DNA of 19,462 nucleotides from positions 1 to 19,462 of the forward strand of contig JBNJGH010000065.1 of assembly GCA_051747585.1 (NCBI GenBank), read 5' to 3'. A program made the position numbers and the translations under genes. The stretch is from Candidatus Rifleibacteriota bacterium. GTDB lineage: Bacteria > Muiribacteriota > Ozemobacteria > Ozemobacterales > Ozemobacteraceae. The number at the start of each line of letters is the position of its first letter. Position 1 is the first letter of the stretch. The notes under the pieces are model-generated. The model had not been told where the DNA came from and made no database searches. It saw only the letters and a program-made list of their open reading frames with translations. Shown here piece by piece: positions 14,972-19,462 of this stretch.

Positions 14972-17900
14972 TTTTTAATTGAATCTCTCTAAACCAGCAG
15001 TAGCCGACCGGAACAACAAAAAGGGTGAGCAGCTCAATACACATGCCGCCAAAGGTAGGCACTGCCATAGGAATCATCACATCGGCTCCGCGTCCGCTTG
15101 AGGTTAAAACCGGCAGCAATGCCAGTATTGTAGTGGCAGTTGTCATAAGGCATGGTCTTATGCGCTTCAGGCCGGCTTCCATTACTACTTGACGAATTTG
15201 TTGTGAATTTGTGGTTTTGTTGTTCTGAAAACTTTCTTCGAGGTAGGTTGCCATTACCACGCCATCGTCACTGGCAATGCCGAAGAGAGCAATAAAGCCA
15301 ACCCATACTGCAATAGAAAGATTCATCGAGTGCATGTTCATCAGTTCCCTTATATGCACTCCGAAAATTGAAAAATTCATAAACCATCCCTGAGCATAGA
15401 GCCAGATCATGAGAAAGCCGCCGGACCAGGCAATCGCAATTCCGGCAAAGACCAAAAAAGTAATGGAAACCGAACCGAATTGCAGGTAAAGAATGACGAA
15501 TATTATTAAAAGGCTTAATGGCAGCAATACCATTAACTTTTTCTCAGACCTTACCTGATTCTGATAGTTGCCAATAAACTTGTAACTGGTATTAGAAGGT
15601 AGTTTCAGTTGGTCGTTATTTATTCGATTCAGCAGATAAGCCTTTGCGTTTTCGACCACATCTGTTTCTGCAAAATTGGCATGTTTGTCAAAAATCACAT
15701 AGCCAACCGGAAAAGAGTTCTCGCTTTTCAGGGCCTGAGGACCCCGCTTAAAAGTAACCTTAGCCAGGTTGCCCAGAGGAATGAATTTTTTATCGGGAGT
15801 CGAAACAGGAATGTTTTTAATTTTTTCGGGGCTGTCACGCAACTCTCTGGCAAATCTAAGCCTTATTCCGTAGCGTTCTCTGCCCTCGACAGTTTTAGTA
15901 AGAGTTTTGCCACCCAGAGCAACTTCAATTATGTTCTGCAGGTCAGTTACCTTTATGCCGTAACGGGCTGCAGCTTCTCTATCTATTTCAATTTCGAGAT
16001 AGGGTTTGCCGACAATGCGGTCGGCAGTGACCGTGTTGGCATCGATCCCTTCGACATTTTTCAGCTCTTTCTCGAGAGTAAATCCCAGTTTTTCTACTGT
16101 CTCCGTATCGGGGCCAGATACCTGCACTCCCATCGGAGCTCTGATGCCGGTTTGTAACATGACCAGTCGGGCTGAAATTGGTTGTAGCTTCGGGGCAGAT
16201 GTTGTTCCAGGTAGCGAGCTGGCATCAATTATTTCCTGCCAGATGTCATCGGGGCTTTTGATATGATCTCGCCATAAGCGCTTTTTTATCCCGGTTTCCG
16301 GGTCTGCCTCACCATATTCAGGAACATAGGTGATTATGGTTTCAATCATCGATATTGGCGCCGGGTCAAGCGGTGAATCAACCCTTCCGATTTTACCTAC
16401 AACAGATTCAACCTCAGGTATAGAACGAATCGCCATATCCTGTTTCTGCAGAATATCGCGACACTCTGCCAGGCTGGCATGTGGCATTGTGGTCGGCATA
16501 AGAAGAAAGCTGCCTTCGTCGAGTGGTGGCATGAATTCTTTTCCCAGGCCGGGGAAAAGGCGGGTGGCAAATTTCCATGGGCCGGAGCCGGTTAGAACCT
16601 TTTCTGAAACGCCTGTTGTTTTTAAAATATAAGGACCCCATGAATTGACAGTGGCAAAACCGAACCAGATGTTCAGAGCCAGCAGCAACACAGCTAAGGG
16701 CAAGAGGATAAATGTTTTTTTATGATCGAGAAACCAGGCTAGAATTACTGCATAATAGTTAAGAAAAGCTTTGAAAAAAGCGAGAATCAACCCTGTTGTC
16801 AAAACCACTGTAAGCAGGTTGAAAATATAACCGCGACCATAACCTACCGGCATCCAGAGCCATGTCAGGAAAAGCGCAGCAATTACTGCGCCTGCAATTG
16901 GCCCTGCAGTTGTCGCTTTTTTTCTTATCTGGTCCGGTATTTTGTGCCAGTAAAGTCCGATCAGGCCGGCAATGATTAATACGACACCTGTTAGGGGCAA
17001 AAAAAACAGCAGAATTATACCGGCCAGGGCCAGGGTTATAAATCTTATATCTTTACCCTTGCTACGTCTTTTAAAAACTATGGTAGAGGCAACCGGAATC
17101 AGAATCAGTGCAATAAATAGTGAAGAAATGAGGGCGAAAGTCTTGGTCCAGGCCAGCGGAGTAAACATTTTACCTTCGGCACCGGTCATGGCAAAAACCG
17201 GCAGAAAGCTTACCACTGTGGTTGCAACCGCAGTCAATACCGCAGAACCTACTTCGCAAGCAGCATTGTAGATTGATTTGTTAATTGGAATATCTTTGTC
17301 TTTATCATTTTCCAGATGACTTACTATGTTTTCGCATAGCACAATTCCCATGTCGACCATGGTGCCGATTGCAATGGCTATACCCGCCAGAGACATGAGA
17401 TTGGCTCCAATATCGAAAACTTTCATGGCAACAAAAGTCATTAAAACTGCAATGGGTAGTAGTCCGGAAATCAGCATGCTTGTAGTAAGGTGAAGCAACA
17501 TGACAATTACTACCAGTACAGTGATCGAAATCTGTTGCGAAAGTGCATCGCTTAAAGTTTGCAAAGTTTCGTTTATAAGTTTGGTGCGGTCATAGAAAGG
17601 CACTATTTTTACCCGGCTGGTGCTGCCGTCAGCAAGCGTCTTTGCAGGTAGTCCGGGAGCTATTTCGGCAATTTTTTTCTTAACCCGGTCGATTACTTCC
17701 ATCGGGTTTGCGCCATACCTGGTAACCACTACGCCGCCGGCAACTTCTGCCCCTTCTTTGTCGAGAGCTCCTCTGCGTTCTGCCGGCCCACTGTAAACCT
17801 TTGCAACTTCTCCAATTGTTATGCCGACACCATCGACAGATTTAATTACCGAATTTTTCAAGTCTTCAATTGATTTTACGAAGCCGATTCCGCGAATTGC

Positions 17901-18608
17901 ATACTCAACCCTGTTAATCTCTATCGTTCCTGCTCCGACATCGAGATTACTTGATTTTATGGTTTTAACCAGATCAGGAATAGTTATATTGTAAGTTCTT
18001 ATCGTCTCTGGATCTATGTCTATATGGTATTCGCGAACCTTACCGCCGATTGAGCCGACTTCAGATACGCCCGGTACTGATTGGAGGGCGTATTTGACTG
18101 TCCAGTCCTGGATAGAACGAAGTTCGTAGTTGTCAAAACCTTCTGCCTCAAGGGTATACCAGAAAACCTGGCCTAAAGCCGTAGCGTCAGGCCCCAATAT
18201 CGGGTTAGCACCATCGGGCAAACTGTCCCTGATAGAAGCAAGTTTTTCGAGAATGCGTGATCTTGACCAGTAAAAATCTATGTCTTCATTGAAAATAATA
18301 TAGATCGACGCAAAACCAAACATAGAGCTGGATCTGATGGTTTTTACTCCTGGAATACCCATTAGCCCGGCAGTAAGCGGATAAGTGATTTGATCGTCGA
18401 CATCTCTCGGAGAGCGTCCCGGCCAGGATACAAAAACTATTTGCTGGTTTTCGCCAATATCCGGTATAGCGTCTACAGCTACCGGATCTTTCGGCATCAG
18501 GCTTCCCAGATCAAATGGAATAACGGCAAATCCATAAATCAGCATTACCACCAGAATAATTGCGGCTACTATACGTTTCTCGAGAAAAAAGCCAATCAGC
18601 CGGTTCAT
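14949..18608 (-). CDS. cusA: CusA/SilA-type heavy-metal (Cu+/Ag+) RND efflux permease, long form, 1219 aa
   Basis: VDAIPDIGENQQIVF, SSMFGFASIYIIF, DFYWSRSRILEKL, LGPDATALGQV, GTMVDMGIVLCENI; Met equivalents of the CusA metal site in LLMPTT, PISMIET and LVMLQTG. Confidence 0.93.
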   Translation of the reverse strand: MNRLIGFFLEKRIVAAIILVVMLIYGFAVIPFDLGSLMPKDPVAVDAIPDIGENQQIVFVSWPGRSPRDVDDQITYPLTAGLMGIPGVKTIRSSSMFGFASIYIIFNEDIDFYWSRSRILEKLASIRDSLPDGANPILGPDATALGQVFWYTLEAEGFDNYELRSIQDWTVKYALQSVPGVSEVGSIGGKVREYHIDIDPETIRTYNITIPDLVKTIKSSNLDVGAGTIEINRVEYAIRGIGFVKSIEDLKNSVIKSVDGVGITIGEVAKVYSGPAERRGALDKEGAEVAGGVVVTRYGANPMEVIDRVKKKIAEIAPGLPAKTLADGSTSRVKIVPFYDRTKLINETLQTLSDALSQQISITVLVVIVMLLHLTTSMLISGLLPIAVLMTFVAMKVFDIGANLMSLAGIAIAIGTMVDMGIVLCENIVSHLENDKDKDIPINKSIYNAACEVGSAVLTAVATTVVSFLPVFAMTGAEGKMFTPLAWTKTFALISSLFIALILIPVASTIVFKRRSKGKDIRFITLALAGIILLFFLPLTGVVLIIAGLIGLYWHKIPDQIRKKATTAGPIAGAVIAALFLTWLWMPVGYGRGYIFNLLTVVLTTGLILAFFKAFLNYYAVILAWFLDHKKTFILLPLAVLLLALNIWFGFATVNSWGPYILKTTGVSEKVLTGSGPWKFATRLFPGLGKEFMPPLDEGSFLLMPTTMPHASLAECRDILQKQDMAIRSIPEVESVVGKIGRVDSPLDPAPISMIETIITYVPEYGEADPETGIKKRLWRDHIKSPDDIWQEIIDASSLPGTTSAPKLQPISARLVMLQTGIRAPMGVQVSGPDTETVEKLGFTLEKELKNVEGIDANTVTADRIVGKPYLEIEIDREAAARYGIKVTDLQNIIEVALGGKTLTKTVEGRERYGIRLRFARELRDSPEKIKNIPVSTPDKKFIPLGNLAKVTFKRGPQALKSENSFPVGYVIFDKHANFAETDVVENAKAYLLNRINNDQLKLPSNTSYKFIGNYQNQVRSEKKLMVLLPLSLLIIFVILYLQFGSVSITFLVFAGIAIAWSGGFLMIWLYAQGWFMNFSIFGVHIRELMNMHSMNLSIAVWVGFIALFGIASDDGVVMATYLEESFQNNKTTNSQQIRQVVMEAGLKRIRPCLMTTATTILALLPVLTSSGRGADVMIPMAVPTFGGMCIELLTLFVVPVGYCWFREIQLKIKVQEKN

Positions 18609-19462
18609 TCGTCCTTACCCCAGATCTTTCTGGTCTCGCCGCATCTAAGCATCATGGCCCCATAATATGGATTGGCCAGTTCAGATTCTGCCTGAAGCCA
18701 GTTTGCTCCTTTGTTGTCAAAGGCCATGGGACAGTGTTCTTCATAAATAGCAAAATTAATTTGATTTTCTACCAGAGCAATAAATTCTTTTAATATGGGA
18801 GTCAGGGTGAAAAGATGTTCGCGCGCAGTTTTGATGCTGTTGCTGGTGGCCAGTTTCATTAGAACGGGCATGAGTCTTTTGCTTTTATTATTGAGTTTTT
18901 TAATTTGCAGTTTATCTAATTTCATTAAATGATCATGGGCTTTTTGGGCTGATTTCTTAGCCTGTTCGAGATCATCTGCTGCAAGCTTCTCTGAAATGGC
19001 AAGGCTGAGTCGGATTTGTCTTTCAACTACTCTCAATTCTTCAGGACTTAAAGATTTTAAAGTTTTCTTTGCCGCAGTGGGATGAGACAGGTCGCGTTCA
19101 GGACTCATCATGCTTGTCCGGGCATTGATCTGTTGTTCGGCGTCGAGCTTGAAAGCGCCGTTCACGACGACTTCGTCATCTGAACTCAAACCTGATCTTA
19201 TTATATAGCCTCCGTCGACCTTCGAGCCCGTTATTACTTCGGCCGCCTGATAAAGCTTGTCTTTGTCTTTAACTTTTTTGTAGACCAGGGAGCGTGGGCC
19301 TGTCCATAAAACCGCAGATTCCGGCACAATTAACGGATAGCTTTCTGGCAGGTCGGTATTTATTCCCATGCTTTGAACCGGAACCAGATCCATGCCGCAT
19401 ACATCACATTTGCCGGGTTTGTCTTTTATTATTTCAGGGTGCATGGGTGATATCCATTTGCC
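18605..19462 (-). CDS. cusB: CusB-like RND adaptor (3' part; 5' end outside window) with internal heavy-metal-binding domain and C-terminal DUF3347-like domain
   Basis: The frame is open to the window edge (GKWISPMHPEIIKDKPGKCDVCGMDLVP), so ATG 19444 is internal. MFP C-terminal motifs VPESAVL and GLSSDDEVVVNGAFKLD; HCPMAFDNKGANWLQ...NPYYGAMMLRCG; ATGA overlap with cusA. Confidence 0.88.
   Translation of the reverse strand, partial: GKWISPMHPEIIKDKPGKCDVCGMDLVPVQSMGINTDLPESYPLIVPESAVLWTGPRSLVYKKVKDKDKLYQAAEVITGSKVDGGYIIRSGLSSDDEVVVNGAFKLDAEQQINARTSMMSPERDLSHPTAAKKTLKSLSPEELRVVERQIRLSLAISEKLAADDLEQAKKSAQKAHDHLMKLDKLQIKKLNNKSKRLMPVLMKLATSNSIKTAREHLFTLTPILKEFIALVENQINFAIYEEHCPMAFDNKGANWLQAESELANPYYGAMMLRCGETRKIWGKDE

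Noticed and set aside
15609..16157. 182-aa + strand ORF
   Set aside because: Lies wholly antisense to cusA with no recognisable motifs; a typical shadow ORF. The same applies to the other short ORF-track entries nested inside the large genes.
19442..19444. ATG 19444 as the true start of a 279-aa protein
   Set aside because: The frame stays open to the window edge and this Met is inside the SPMHP motif; the gene is truncated by the window.
14949..19462. cusBA as part of a mobile metal-resistance island
   Set aside because: No integrase, transposase, tRNA or flanking direct repeat and no obvious compositional shift in this window; the upstream boundary is not visible.

Overview
Gene-dense chromosomal segment from a diderm bacterium (it encodes TolC and tripartite RND pumps; moderate-to-low GC by eye). 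No rRNA, tRNA, CRISPR array, transposase or phage gene was seen. Left to right: a GT-C (ArnT/PMT-like) membrane glycosyltransferase (-); an unknown exported-domain/TM/C-terminal zinc-ribbon protein (+); an ATGA-coupled RND operon MFP-AcrB-like-TolC (-); two convergent S9 peptidases (one with a signal peptide, one without) sharing a bidirectional terminator; a DUF3806-like gene (-); acetate kinase and a class I SAM methyltransferase (+); a long CusA-type Cu/Ag exporter and the 3' part of a CusB-like adaptor with HMBD and DUF3347-like domains (-, truncated by the window end). Most of this is ordinary. The most unusual stretch is the 214-bp spacer upstream of ackA (12861-13074). It holds a 56-codon ORF too short for the ORF track, with a Leu/Ile/Val run and an ATGA overlap with ackA. 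The run is encoded by six NNTCGN hexamers inside a 15-bp inverted repeat that competes with a second hairpin. It could be a leader-peptide switch, a small membrane protein or a REP-like repeat remnant. Family calls are from motif recognition only; no searches were run.
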